From the NCBI GenBank assembly GCA_947501605.1, contig CANMWZ010000013.1, forward strand, positions 38,881-102,880: a stretch of DNA of 64,000 nt, given 5' to 3'. Position numbers and translations under genes: made by a program. Below the pieces are notes generated by a model. The model was not told the origin of the DNA. It was given only the letters and a program-made list of their open reading frames with translations, and ran no database searches. Each line of letters opens with the position of its first letter. Within the stretch, counting starts at the first letter, position 1. The stretch is from Planctomycetota bacterium. GTDB taxonomy: Bacteria > Planctomycetota > UBA1135 > UBA2386. Of the stretch, positions 36,330 through 45,752 are shown in pieces.

Positions 36330-37846
36330 TGAACATGCTGAGGAACATCTTTGCCGTGGCCATGCTGGCCCTGGCTTGCCTTCCCGCTCAAGATCACGGT
36401 CGTGTGGGGGCGCGACTGACCTTCTCTGGCATCGACTACCAACTGAGGCAAATCAGCCGAGGCGCGCCGACCGCGACGGACAACCTGCTTGGCCTGTGGC
36501 CGATGTCCGTGGATGTGCTGACCGCACCCCCTGCGGTTACCTTGACGATGCCGTTTGATGTGCCGACCGCGCTCCTCGTAGTTGGCAACGATAATTTCCT
36601 TGTGTGTGGGCGCAACCGTGCGACGAACACGGGATTCCTCTGCCGAGTCACGCTCACGGCGGGACCACTGCTGTCGCTTGCCGATGTCGTGGCGCTGACG
36701 CCCGGGGTCACATACTCCCAACTCGCACAGAACACCACCGAAGGGATGCTCTACGGTCTCCGCTACGAAGACCCCGTCGTGGACGCTGGCACTTGGAGCC
36801 TGGCAAGCCCGCTTCCGGTGATGACCGCCACGACGTCGATCGCAACCGCAATCACTACGACGGGAATCGTTGACGTGGGCGAAGTGGTTCCAGCACGATT
36901 CCAAGGCCTCTCTTCAACAGGAGTTGTCTTGGCTTCGAGCTACCCTAACAGCCCCGCGGAAAGCCGGCTTTGGCTACGTCAGGAATCAACGGGGTGGGCC
37001 GTGACAACGTTCACGCCTACCAATGCTCTAACGACCATCAATACGTGCGCCACCGAGTATCCAGGGTTTCAAGACAACGATGGGCCCGTGCTGTTCCGTG
37101 GACGCGCGGGATTCGCGCAGCTCATGGATACCGAGAGTGGCGTCATCGTTGGATCAGCTTCCGTCACGCAGGACTGGCAAATCACGCCGTACTCCTTGCT
37201 CCAGCCATTGGCCGTAGGGCGTTCATACCGTCCCCTTGGGGTGAACTGCACTGGCGCCGACTTCTGGCCGACTTTCCGCGCCGGAGGCAACACCGAACTC
37301 TCCGGCCACAAAATGGGCCTGGGGGAATTTGCACAGCGCGACTTCTTCGCCGGCAACCCAGATTTCGCATTGTGGGCACGAGTGCGCCACGCACCCAACG
37401 TCGTGGACATGCCGGGGCACTCCTTGTCATTCATGTGGGTGAAACTCGGCGAGCCGACGCCCGCTAACTTGGTCGTAATGCCTGGCGGCGAAGTACTCAT
37501 TGCGGATCCGGATGCGACTCTCGGGCCTAGCCCCTACGATGCACCCATGGTCGAAGGGCAGAATTTCGTTCATTTCCCGCTTTCACTGGTAGGCACAGAG
37601 CAGTTTGTCGGCCAAGCCGTGATATTCCAGTTCTTCTATTTCCTGCCGAACGGCCAAATCATCATCAGCGATGTGTTTGGCGGCAGGCTCATGGCCCCGC
37701 TAGCGACCGCCGCTTGGGCAGGATCTGCCGCCTCGAGAGGGAGTGCTTGGCCCTCTCGACGCGATTGGTTGATGCAGGATGCTTGTCATCCTAGCGTGGC
37801 AGCGATGCTCCGAAGGCACGCCGTTGCCACGCTCCTGCGGCAGTAG
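36329..37846 (+). CDS. secreted beta-rich orphan protein in lower-GC islet
   Basis: TGATG overlap; signal-like LRNIFAVAMLALACLPAQ; late domain FVGQAVIFQFFYF..ISD. Confidence 0.75.
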   Translation: MNMLRNIFAVAMLALACLPAQDHGRVGARLTFSGIDYQLRQISRGAPTATDNLLGLWPMSVDVLTAPPAVTLTMPFDVPTALLVVGNDNFLVCGRNRATNTGFLCRVTLTAGPLLSLADVVALTPGVTYSQLAQNTTEGMLYGLRYEDPVVDAGTWSLASPLPVMTATTSIATAITTTGIVDVGEVVPARFQGLSSTGVVLASSYPNSPAESRLWLRQESTGWAVTTFTPTNALTTINTCATEYPGFQDNDGPVLFRGRAGFAQLMDTESGVIVGSASVTQDWQITPYSLLQPLAVGRSYRPLGVNCTGADFWPTFRAGGNTELSGHKMGLGEFAQRDFFAGNPDFALWARVRHAPNVVDMPGHSLSFMWVKLGEPTPANLVVMPGGEVLIADPDATLGPSPYDAPMVEGQNFVHFPLSLVGTEQFVGQAVIFQFFYFLPNGQIIISDVFGGRLMAPLATAAWAGSAASRGSAWPSRRDWLMQDACHPSVAAMLRRHAVATLLRQ

Positions 37847-38071
37847 AAGAGTTGTCGACTCACAGCCGCGACCGCCGGCACCCTGCGTGCTCGGCGCGGC
37901 CGCCCGGCCGGATGCATCCCACGCCAGGTCGACTACCAACCATAGTGCCGAGTAGACAGACCGAACCGCGCGGCGCCGCAGCGAAAAGGTGTTGGCCTGC
38001 CGCCGTCACAGACCCTAGGCTCCCGCACCCGCGTGTGACTCGTCGCACGCGATCACCCCCAAGGAAAAACA

Positions 38072-38416
38072 ATGCGCAAGTTCCTTACTACTCTGGCGCT
38101 CAGCGCCGTCACGGCTCTCAGCCTCACCTCGTGCGCGGCCGGTCCGCACCAGCTCCGTCGCACGGTCGACGACTGGGATCACAAGATGTACGTCAACAAC
38201 CCGTGGATCGACGGCGTCCTGTGGGTCGTGCCGGTGATCCCGTTCGCGAACTTCGTCGCGTCCATCGGCGATTTCTTCGTCACCGACGCCTACGCGTTCT
38301 GGTTCAACGACGCCTGGGACGGCAAGGGCACGGGCTTCGAGCACCTCAAGGTCGAAGCGACCGACGGCAAGTTCAGCAGCCTGCTGATCGAAGGCTCGGG
38401 CTGGCTGAAGAAGTGA
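38072..38416 (+). CDS. small lipoprotein, DUF3332-like
   Basis: AAGGA RBS; lipobox LTSC; W..NNPWID..VIP..GDFFVTDAYAFW pattern; very strong GC3 codon bias. Confidence 0.7.
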   Translation: MRKFLTTLALSAVTALSLTSCAAGPHQLRRTVDDWDHKMYVNNPWIDGVLWVVPVIPFANFVASIGDFFVTDAYAFWFNDAWDGKGTGFEHLKVEATDGKFSSLLIEGSGWLKK

Positions 38417-38456
38417 CCCAGTGCTGCAGTCGCCTCTGGACTGCATGTGCAAGCTG

Positions 38457-38496
38457 ACCGCCGGAAGCGCCCTGCGCTGCCGGCGGTTTGCATTTT
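38457..38496 (+). terminator. probable intrinsic terminator
   Basis: ACCGCCGG-A-AGCGC-CCT-GCGCT-G-CCGGCGGT followed by TTGCATTTT, between convergent genes. Confidence 0.65.
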
Positions 38497-38500
38497 GGGG

Positions 38501-39223
38501 CTACTGCTTGGTCGCCGCCGCTGGCGGCAGGACCTCTGCCGCCTTGGCTTCGCTCGCACTTGGCCGGACCCACTCGAGCAGCTCGACGGATGTGTCGCCA
38601 AGAATCTGCCGCACCTCGAGACCGAGTTCGGGCGCATACCAGACCACCGACACGCGATCGAGAAAACCACCCCCTTCGAGCTTGAGTCGGGAGGTACGCA
38701 CGATCCGCAAGGCGGAGAAGGTGCCACCTGGCGTGACCACCGTGTCGAGGTCCTCGACCTCGTAGCCGGTCTCGATCGGCAGTGCTGCACCGCCAGCCGT
38801 GCGATCGCTGTACTGGCAGCGCCAGCGCTTGCCAATCCACACCGGCCAATGGAAGCGCACATCCGCCGGCGTCAGCTCGTGCAGCGCCTGATCGCCTTCC
38901 CGACCCCATTCCCCGAGATTGGAGAGGTCGTGGCCGCGACGCATGCGGTTGCCGCTGGCATCGGTCAGGGTGTAGCTACCGTTCTCGCTGGCGGTGACCG
39001 TCAGGTCGATGCGTTGCTGGCCGCCGCGCAGCAGGGCAAAGCGATCGCCGACTTGCCATGACGGTGGGCCCCAGGTCTTCGCCCCTTCTGGCGGTACCGG
39101 ATCGAACGCGACGATCCCGGGGCCGCCGCCATCGGGCAGTGGCGGCACGGACGAGCAACCGCATAGGAGTGCGAACGGGAGCGAACGTAGGAGCAGCGAA
39201 AGGAGCAGGTGCTGGCGAGCCAT
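38501..39223 (-). CDS. hypothetical lipoprotein
   Basis: Lipobox LCGC; WQVGDRF, FHWPVWIGKRW, VVTPGGTFSALRI, VWYAPELGLEVR. Confidence 0.75.
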   Translation of the reverse strand: MARQHLLLSLLLRSLPFALLCGCSSVPPLPDGGGPGIVAFDPVPPEGAKTWGPPSWQVGDRFALLRGGQQRIDLTVTASENGSYTLTDASGNRMRRGHDLSNLGEWGREGDQALHELTPADVRFHWPVWIGKRWRCQYSDRTAGGAALPIETGYEVEDLDTVVTPGGTFSALRIVRTSRLKLEGGGFLDRVSVVWYAPELGLEVRQILGDTSVELLEWVRPSASEAKAAEVLPPAAATKQ

Positions 39224-39300
39224 CGCGGGCAAGAATGCCGCAACGACAACGCTGGCGGAAGCCTCTCGACCGCAGACCTCGCGCGGGCTGAGATCGGTGC

Positions 39301-40524
39301 ATGCCTTGCTTCGCCACCCACCTCGAATCGACGTTTGACCAGTCGCGCCTGCCGCTCCATCAGACGCAGACGACCCACGGCGATCGGCCGATCGTGGTGC
39401 GCTACGACCTAGCTGCGCTGCGCCGACTGGTGTCGCGCGACCAACTCGCAGCGAGGCCGCCCGGCTTCTGGAAGTGGCGCGAGTTGCTGCCGCACGCCAA
39501 GGACGAGGATGCGGTGTCGCTCGGTGAAAATGCGACGCCGCTACTGGACTGCCCGCGACTCGCCGCTCGGATCGGCCTGCGCCGACTGCGCATCAAGGAC
39601 GAGTCCCTGCTGCCGACCGGGTCGTTCAAGGCGCGCGGCATGGCGATGGCAGTGACGATGGCGAAAGCGCTGGGGATCACCCACCTAGCCGCCCCGACCG
39701 CGGGCAACGCCGGCGGCGCGCTCGCGGCCTACGCCGCGCGCGCCGGCATCCGGTGCACGGTGCTGATGCCGCAGGACACGCCGATCGTCAACCAGATCGA
39801 GACTGCAGCCTACGGCGCGCACACGTTTCTCGTCGACGGCCTGATTCACCAATGCGGTGCGATCGTCAAAGAAGGCGCCGCGCGCGGCCTCTGGTTCGAC
39901 ATGTCGACGATGAAGGAGCCGTACCGCCTGGAGGGCAAGAAGACGATGGGCCTCGAACTCTGCGAGCAGATGGGCTGGCGGCTGCCCGACGCGATCTTCT
40001 ATCCCACCGGCGGCGGCACTGGCCTGCTCGGCATGTGGAAGGCCTTCTCGGAACTACAGCAACTCGGATGGCTCGACGAGGAACGACGGCCCCGCATGTT
40101 TGCGTGCCAAGCCGAAGGTTGCGCCCCGGTCGTGCGCGCGTTTGCCGCCGGCAGCGACGTTGCCGAACTGGTCGAGAACGCGCACACCAGCGCCTCCGGG
40201 CTGCGAGTACCGAAGCCCTTCGCCGATCGCATGATCCTGGCATGCCTGCGCGAGTCGAATGGCCGCGCGATTGCCGCCAAAGAAGGCGAACTGCGCAGTT
40301 GGGCCGAAACTGCGATGGCGCTCGAGGGCATTGCCGTCTGCCCCGAGACTGGGGCGTGCTTGGCCGCGCTGCAGCAGTGCGTGCGCAACGGCACGACGCC
40401 ACGAGACAGCGACGTCGTCGTGTTCAACACCGGCGCTGCGCAGAAGTACGTCGAGGCCTTCGCGGTCGAACTGCCGCGACTGCAGCGCGCCGCGCTCGAC
40501 TGGGACCTGCTCGCTCGCGGCTGA
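39301..40524 (+). CDS. thrC: threonine synthase (PLP-dependent)
   Basis: SLGENATPL, KDESLLPTGSFKARG, TAGNAG, EPYRLEGKKTMG, YPTGGGTG. Confidence 0.9.
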   Translation: MPCFATHLESTFDQSRLPLHQTQTTHGDRPIVVRYDLAALRRLVSRDQLAARPPGFWKWRELLPHAKDEDAVSLGENATPLLDCPRLAARIGLRRLRIKDESLLPTGSFKARGMAMAVTMAKALGITHLAAPTAGNAGGALAAYAARAGIRCTVLMPQDTPIVNQIETAAYGAHTFLVDGLIHQCGAIVKEGAARGLWFDMSTMKEPYRLEGKKTMGLELCEQMGWRLPDAIFYPTGGGTGLLGMWKAFSELQQLGWLDEERRPRMFACQAEGCAPVVRAFAAGSDVAELVENAHTSASGLRVPKPFADRMILACLRESNGRAIAAKEGELRSWAETAMALEGIAVCPETGACLAALQQCVRNGTTPRDSDVVVFNTGAAQKYVEAFAVELPRLQRAALDWDLLARG

Positions 40525-40544
40525 CGCATTCACCGACGCCGCGC

Positions 40545-40955
40545 TCACCTGCGCCCGCGCAACTGCTCGATCTCGGCGCGGAGCCTGTGGGTCTCGGCGA
40601 GCAACCGCTCGTTTTCGGCCAGAACCGCGGTCACGTCGACCTTGGGGGCGAGCGGGTTCGCGGTCGTCGATGGCCTCACGATGCGGTCGTCGGAGAGATA
40701 GACGCCAGCCAACAGGCTCGTCTTGGCCAAGGCCTCACGCACCGCGCCATCACGGTCCTCGTATTGGATCTCGTAGATGCGTTCATGCGTCGAGCCAAAC
40801 CAACCGCGACCAAAAGGCTGCCACTTCTGCGACTGCAGCTTGCACCCGCGACCGCGCAAGTAGGCCTCGATGCGATCTGCGTCCATGGAACGCGCGAACC
40901 ACCAAGTCGCAGCCATCACCAGCAGGACAATGCAGCAGACGACGGCAGGATGCAT
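40545..40955 (-). CDS. membrane-anchored hypothetical protein with C-terminal coiled coil
   Basis: N-terminal TM; WQPFGRGWFG..RIYEIQYED..KTSLLAGVY; LAENERLLAETHRLRAEIEQL. Confidence 0.75.
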   Translation of the reverse strand: MHPAVVCCIVLLVMAATWWFARSMDADRIEAYLRGRGCKLQSQKWQPFGRGWFGSTHERIYEIQYEDRDGAVREALAKTSLLAGVYLSDDRIVRPSTTANPLAPKVDVTAVLAENERLLAETHRLRAEIEQLRGRR

Positions 40956-40964
40956 GGTGAGTGC

Positions 40965-41678
40965 TCAGCTCAACTCGATCGGGATCGGCTTGAAGTCGAT
41001 CGCATCGACGGAAGCCAAAACGTACCGCACGCCGTCCGCAACACCTTGGAAGCCGTGTTTGTGGTCGCGCCCATGCAAGTGGCCGTAGACGCACCACTGC
41101 GCCTGCGCCTCCTTGATCAACGCCACCGCTGGCGTCTCGCGACCATCGCTGTACTTGGGCGGATAGTGCACGAGCGCGATCGTGCGCTTGCCGCCAGGCT
41201 GACAGCCGCCGAGCTTGCGGCCGGCTTCGATCGAGAGCTTCAGTCGCTCGATCTCGCGATGGAAGACCGACGCAGCCTGCGCATCCGCCCACGGAGCGCC
41301 CGGTGGATCCCACAACCGCGTGCCCACGACGACTGTGCCGTCTGGCATCTCGACCGCGTCGTTCTGCAGCAAGCGGATCGATGGGTGCAAGATGGCTTCG
41401 ACTTTCTTGCGCGACGTCCACCAGGTGCAGTGGTTGCCCTTGATCAGGATCTTGCGTCCGGGACGCTCGCCGAGCCAATCGAGGTCCGGCTTGGCCTCAG
41501 GGAGATCGAGGCCCCACGAAGTATCCCCGCCGACGAGAACCCAATCTTCAGGGCCAACCATCGCATCCCAGGCGATGCGCATCTTGTCGGCATGCCCGAA
41601 CCAGTGGTCGCCGAAGATGTCCATCGGCTTGTTGACGCCGAAGCTCAGGTGCAGGTCGCTGATGGCGAAGAGTCGCAA
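40965..41678 (-). CDS. metallophosphoesterase (calcineurin-like)
   Basis: ISDLHLS..KPMDIFG, GGDTSW, KGNH, HYPP, YGHLH; TTG start inferred. Confidence 0.9.
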   Translation of the reverse strand: MRLFAISDLHLSFGVNKPMDIFGDHWFGHADKMRIAWDAMVGPEDWVLVGGDTSWGLDLPEAKPDLDWLGERPGRKILIKGNHCTWWTSRKKVEAILHPSIRLLQNDAVEMPDGTVVVGTRLWDPPGAPWADAQAASVFHREIERLKLSIEAGRKLGGCQPGGKRTIALVHYPPKYSDGRETPAVALIKEAQAQWCVYGHLHGRDHKHGFQGVADGVRYVLASVDAIDFKPIPIELS

Positions 41679-41735
41679 TGTGGGCAGGGCTCCAGGCGTG
41701 CTTGCAAAGAAGGATGCATAGAGGACGATCCACCA

Positions 41736-43097
41736 ATGCTCAAGCGCGCTGCCGCGACGTCGCTCGTGCCCCTTGCCCTTCTCGTCGCTTGCGCGTCGGC
41801 GCCAAAGCCATCGGAAACCCCCTCCGGCTGCGATCCAGCGCTGTGGAGAAGGGCGTCGCAACTGCACCACGCTGCCACCGTGGTCGACACGCACACCGAC
41901 ACGACGAGTCGCATTCTCGACGAGGGCTTCGACATGGGGCCGCGAGCGCCGGACGGACACATGGATCTGCCGCGCATCCGCGAAGGCGGCCTCGACGTCG
42001 CCTTCTACTCGATCTACGTGGCGTCGCGGTTCTACGGCGACGAGGCCCCGCTGTTCGCGAAGAAGCCCGGCGACGACGACTGGCCGCGACCGACGGACGC
42101 AGGCACGGCCAACGGCAGCGCGCGGCGCGCCATGGCGATGATCGACGGACTGGTCCGCACCGCTGACCGCTACCCGGATCAAATGACGGTGTGCGCCTCG
42201 CTCGAGGAGATCCGCGCGACGGTCGCAGCCGGAAGGCACGCCGCGTGCATGGGCATCGAAGGTGGCCACGCGATCGAAGGCCAACTCGCGCTGCTGCGCC
42301 TGTTCCACCAGCTCGGCGTGCGCTACATGACGCTGACGCACACGAACCACAACGAGTACGCCGACTCCTGCGCCGACGCAGTGCCGCGTTGGGGAGGACT
42401 CAACACTCTTGGTCAGAAGGTGGTCAAGGAGATGAACCGCCTGGGCATGATGGTCGACGTCAGCCACGTCTCCGACAACGCGTTCCGCGACGTTCTCGCC
42501 GTCACGCGGGCGCCGGTGATCTGCTCGCACAGCTCGATGCGTGCGCTCTGTGACCATCCCCGCAATGTGACCGATGACATGCTTCGCCTGCTCGCACAGA
42601 ACGATGGCGTCGTCATGGTCAACTACAACTGCGGCTTCGTCGACGCGGAGTACCAGAAGCGCAGTTCGCAGAGTTCACAAACGCGCAAGATCCAAGAACG
42701 CGAAGCCCGCCGACGCCTCGCCGAAGGCAGCCCTGAGCTCGAAGAGGCGCTGAAGAACCTCGACGCGCGCTTTCCCACGCCCGAGCGACCGGAGCTCTCC
42801 GTTCTCGTCGCCCACGTGCTGCACGCGATCGAGGTCGCGGGCGCAGACCACGTCGGTCTCGGCAGCGATTTCGACGGCGTGCCGTGCGTGCCCAAGGGCA
42901 TCGACGATGTCAGCTACCTGCCACGTCTCTCCTACGAGTTGCTCGCTGCTGGCCAGAGCGAGGAGACGGTGCGCAAGGTGCTCGGCGGCAACTTGCTCCG
43001 CGTGCTCGAGAGAGTCGAGGCTGTAGCAGCGAGCCTGGCTGGTGAGCCGCCCTACTGCAACGACCTGGCAACCGACACGACTCCGATCACCCGCTGA
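41736..43097 (+). CDS. membrane dipeptidase (peptidase M19), lipoprotein
   Basis: Lipobox LVAC; DTHTD, GIEGGH, MTLTH, VDVSH, CSHS, GLGSDFDG. Confidence 0.92.
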   Translation: MLKRAAATSLVPLALLVACASAPKPSETPSGCDPALWRRASQLHHAATVVDTHTDTTSRILDEGFDMGPRAPDGHMDLPRIREGGLDVAFYSIYVASRFYGDEAPLFAKKPGDDDWPRPTDAGTANGSARRAMAMIDGLVRTADRYPDQMTVCASLEEIRATVAAGRHAACMGIEGGHAIEGQLALLRLFHQLGVRYMTLTHTNHNEYADSCADAVPRWGGLNTLGQKVVKEMNRLGMMVDVSHVSDNAFRDVLAVTRAPVICSHSSMRALCDHPRNVTDDMLRLLAQNDGVVMVNYNCGFVDAEYQKRSSQSSQTRKIQEREARRRLAEGSPELEEALKNLDARFPTPERPELSVLVAHVLHAIEVAGADHVGLGSDFDGVPCVPKGIDDVSYLPRLSYELLAAGQSEETVRKVLGGNLLRVLERVEAVAASLAGEPPYCNDLATDTTPITR

Positions 43098-43118
43098 ACG
43101 CGCCGAAGCCGCCCGGCC

Positions 43119-44186
43119 TCACGATTCGAGCGCGGCGCAGCCGAGCATGCGCAGGACGACACCCACGAAGGTGCTGTTCGAATGGTACGTCTCCGGCGTC
43201 ACGACCAGCGGCATGTGCAGTTGCAGCGCCGGACGAAGCAACCGCTGCGCCGCGAAGACGTAGCTCAGCGTCGCCCGATCACGCGACGAGCACCGCTCAC
43301 CGAGCAGCTTCGCCGCCACGTCGGTCATGTCCCAGGCGTCAGGGCGTCCCGCAAGCCCCAGTTCTGCAGACCGTGCGAGCGCGCAGTCGATCACAGCCGC
43401 TTCGAGCAGCGACGCCAAGTGCGCCGACGCGAACCGGTAGTCACCAGCAGCCTCGGCCCGCGCCAAGGCCCGATAGTCCATCGTCGCCAGCGTGCGCAGT
43501 TGTTGGTCTTTCAGCCGCGGCGGAGCGACCAGCGCCTGAACCGCAGGAGGAGCCGCGTCCTCATCCGAACTCGCAGCGACAAGCGGCGATTGGCTGTCAG
43601 CGCCACCAGTAACCGCGATCATCTGAAACGACGGCTTCGGCACGTCGGCTCCCGCGAGCTGACTCGGACGAGTGAGCCCATCAGGAGATGCCGGGCTCGC
43701 TGGCGCCGTCCCTGGTGCGCCGCCGGCAAACTTCTGGCGCAACCGCGCCCGCAGGCCACGCATCACCGCAGTCCCCAGCGGCGTGATTCCTGGGAGCGGC
43801 AGGGCGGGCAAGGGACCGGTGGCCAACATCACCGCATGGTCCGCAAGGATGTCACGCTGGCGGCGCGCCCACTCTTGCTCGCGCGGGTCCGCCGAGTCCT
43901 CGGCCCGGGTTTCCGCCAACTCCGCGCCACGGGCGCAGCACGATGCGAGCAATGGCATCTCCGTGCTGTCGAGTTCCAACGTCGTTTGATCTCGCTGTGC
44001 GAGAACTCCACGCTGCAGCTGGCTCTTGACCCGACGCAGCGCACCGTACATCGAGGCAATCAGCCCCTGCTCTGAGGCGCTCCGCCCCGACTGCTCGAGG
44101 CGTCGCTCACCAAGCTGATGGAGAACCTCTTGCGTTGCCTCGATGATCGCCGCTAGTGCGGCCTTGTCGGTTGCGTACACAGCCAT
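43119..44186 (-). CDS. hypothetical helical protein with degenerate HEPN-like C-terminal domain
   Basis: 3' part of ORF 43119..44825 (5' part overlaps glcD); start supported by the upstream promoter motif; C-terminal ASLLEAAVID..WDMTD..QRLLRP. Confidence 0.65.
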   Translation of the reverse strand: MAVYATDKAALAAIIEATQEVLHQLGERRLEQSGRSASEQGLIASMYGALRRVKSQLQRGVLAQRDQTTLELDSTEMPLLASCCARGAELAETRAEDSADPREQEWARRQRDILADHAVMLATGPLPALPLPGITPLGTAVMRGLRARLRQKFAGGAPGTAPASPASPDGLTRPSQLAGADVPKPSFQMIAVTGGADSQSPLVAASSDEDAAPPAVQALVAPPRLKDQQLRTLATMDYRALARAEAAGDYRFASAHLASLLEAAVIDCALARSAELGLAGRPDAWDMTDVAAKLLGERCSSRDRATLSYVFAAQRLLRPALQLHMPLVVTPETYHSNSTFVGVVLRMLGCAALES

Positions 44187-44196
44187 GCCAGGACTG

Positions 44197-44224
44197 GATC
44201 GGAGCACCTCCCCTCCGGCCTTTA
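44197..44224 (-). promoter_or_regulatory. sigma28-like promoter motif TAAAG-N16-TCCGATC
   Basis: Minus strand TAAAG (44224-44220), 16 nt, TCCGATC (44203-44197), 10 nt, ATG 44186. Confidence 0.55.
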
Positions 44225-44297
44225 CGAACAACGCGGAACGCCTGCCCACGGACTCCGATTCGTGAGCGGCAACAGCGCCGACTATGCTCTGCCGCCC

Positions 44298-45752
44298 ATG
44301 ACATCGGTCGTTCGCGAACTCGAAGCTCTGCTTGGCAAGAACCGGACGATCTCGTCCCGCGACGCCCTGCTCGCTTGGGAGTGCGACGGCTATACGATCC
44401 ATCGACAGTTGCCCCTCTGCGTCGTGCTGCCAGAATCGACCGCCGAGGTGCAAAGCGTGCTTCGATTGCTGCACCGCCGTGCCGTGCCGTTCGTCCCGCG
44501 AGGAGCTGGAACCTGCCTCTCTGGTGGACCGACGCCGGTGGAGCCGGCCGTGGTCGTCGAGCTCGCGCGCATGGACAACGTGCTGTCGATCGACGTCGAC
44601 GACCTGTTCGCGGTGGTGCAACCAGGCGTCGTCAATCTCGACCTCACGACCGCTGTCAAACACCTGGCACTGCACTACGCACCCGACCCGTCGAGCCAGT
44701 CGGTCTGTACGATTGGCGGCAACGTCGCCGAGAACAGCGGTGGCCCGCACTGCTTCAAGTACGGCATGACGGTCGACCACGTGCTCGGCCTGACCGTCGT
44801 GTTGCCGGACGGCCAGATCGCCCAACTGGGCTCCAGCGCGGGACCACGACCGCCACAGGGGTTCGATCTCTCTGGCCTGTTCTGCGGCTCCGAAGGAACG
44901 TTCGGTATCGCTACGGAAATCACGGTCCGCTTGTCCACCGACCAGCCGTGCGTCCGCACGTTGCTGGCGTCCTTCGCTGACATGACGACCGCGTGTCTCG
45001 CGGTCTCGGACATCGTCGGCATGGGGCTCGTTCCAGCCGCTCTGGAGATCCTGGATCAGGCGACGATCCGGGCCGTGGAGGCCTCGGTCTATCGAGCCGG
45101 CTACCCGGAGGATGCTGCCGCCGTGCTACTTGTCGAACTCGACGGCACCGCCGAGGTGCTGCACGAAGAGGCGCAAGAGGTCCGCGAGGTCTTCGCCCGG
45201 CGGGGTGCCTTGCGCATCGAGGAGGCGACGGATCCCAAAGACCGCCTGCGCCTGTGGAAGGGCCGCAAGGGCGCGTTCGGCGCAATGGGCCGCCTCAACA
45301 CCGACCTCTATGTGCTCGATGGCGTCGTGCCACGAACCCGCCTCGTCGAAGCGTTGTCCGGCATTGCTGAGATCGGCAAGAAGCACGGGGTCGTCCTGAC
45401 CAACGTGTTTCACGCTGGCGACGGCAACCTGCACCCGAACATCAGCTACGACGGCCGCGACGCCGCCGAGACTGCGCGCGTCGTCGCCGCCGGCCACGAC
45501 ATCCTGCAGTTGTGCGTCGACCTCGGTGGCAGCATCAGCGGCGAACATGGCATCGGCACCGAGAAACTCGACCACATGCCGCTGATGTACCGCCCGCAGG
45601 ACCTCGAGGTGATGGCTCGCGTGCGCCGGGTCTTTGATCGCGACGGACGCTGCAATCCCGGCAAGGTGTTGCCCAATCGCAGCGCCTGTGCGGAGTCGCA
45701 GAAGTGGCCGCAGATGGTCGCGCGCGTCCTCGGCGAAGAAGGTCGCCGATGA
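44298..45752 (+). CDS. glcD: glycolate oxidase FAD-linked subunit GlcD
   Basis: PRGAGTCLSGG, YAPDPSSQ, GGNVAENSGGPHCFKYG, GSEGTFG, HAGDGNLHP, GEHGIG, NPGK. Confidence 0.9.
   Translation: MTSVVRELEALLGKNRTISSRDALLAWECDGYTIHRQLPLCVVLPESTAEVQSVLRLLHRRAVPFVPRGAGTCLSGGPTPVEPAVVVELARMDNVLSIDVDDLFAVVQPGVVNLDLTTAVKHLALHYAPDPSSQSVCTIGGNVAENSGGPHCFKYGMTVDHVLGLTVVLPDGQIAQLGSSAGPRPPQGFDLSGLFCGSEGTFGIATEITVRLSTDQPCVRTLLASFADMTTACLAVSDIVGMGLVPAALEILDQATIRAVEASVYRAGYPEDAAAVLLVELDGTAEVLHEEAQEVREVFARRGALRIEEATDPKDRLRLWKGRKGAFGAMGRLNTDLYVLDGVVPRTRLVEALSGIAEIGKKHGVVLTNVFHAGDGNLHPNISYDGRDAAETARVVAAGHDILQLCVDLGGSISGEHGIGTEKLDHMPLMYRPQDLEVMARVRRVFDRDGRCNPGKVLPNRSACAESQKWPQMVARVLGEEGRR

Noticed and set aside
34820..37860. 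Calling the islet a mobile element
   Set aside because: No integrase, transposase, tRNA target or terminal repeats seen; only compositional evidence.
41705..41731. CAAAG-N14-GACGATCC as another sigma28-like site
   Set aside because: Mismatch in the CCGAT core and different spacing from the four consistent sites.
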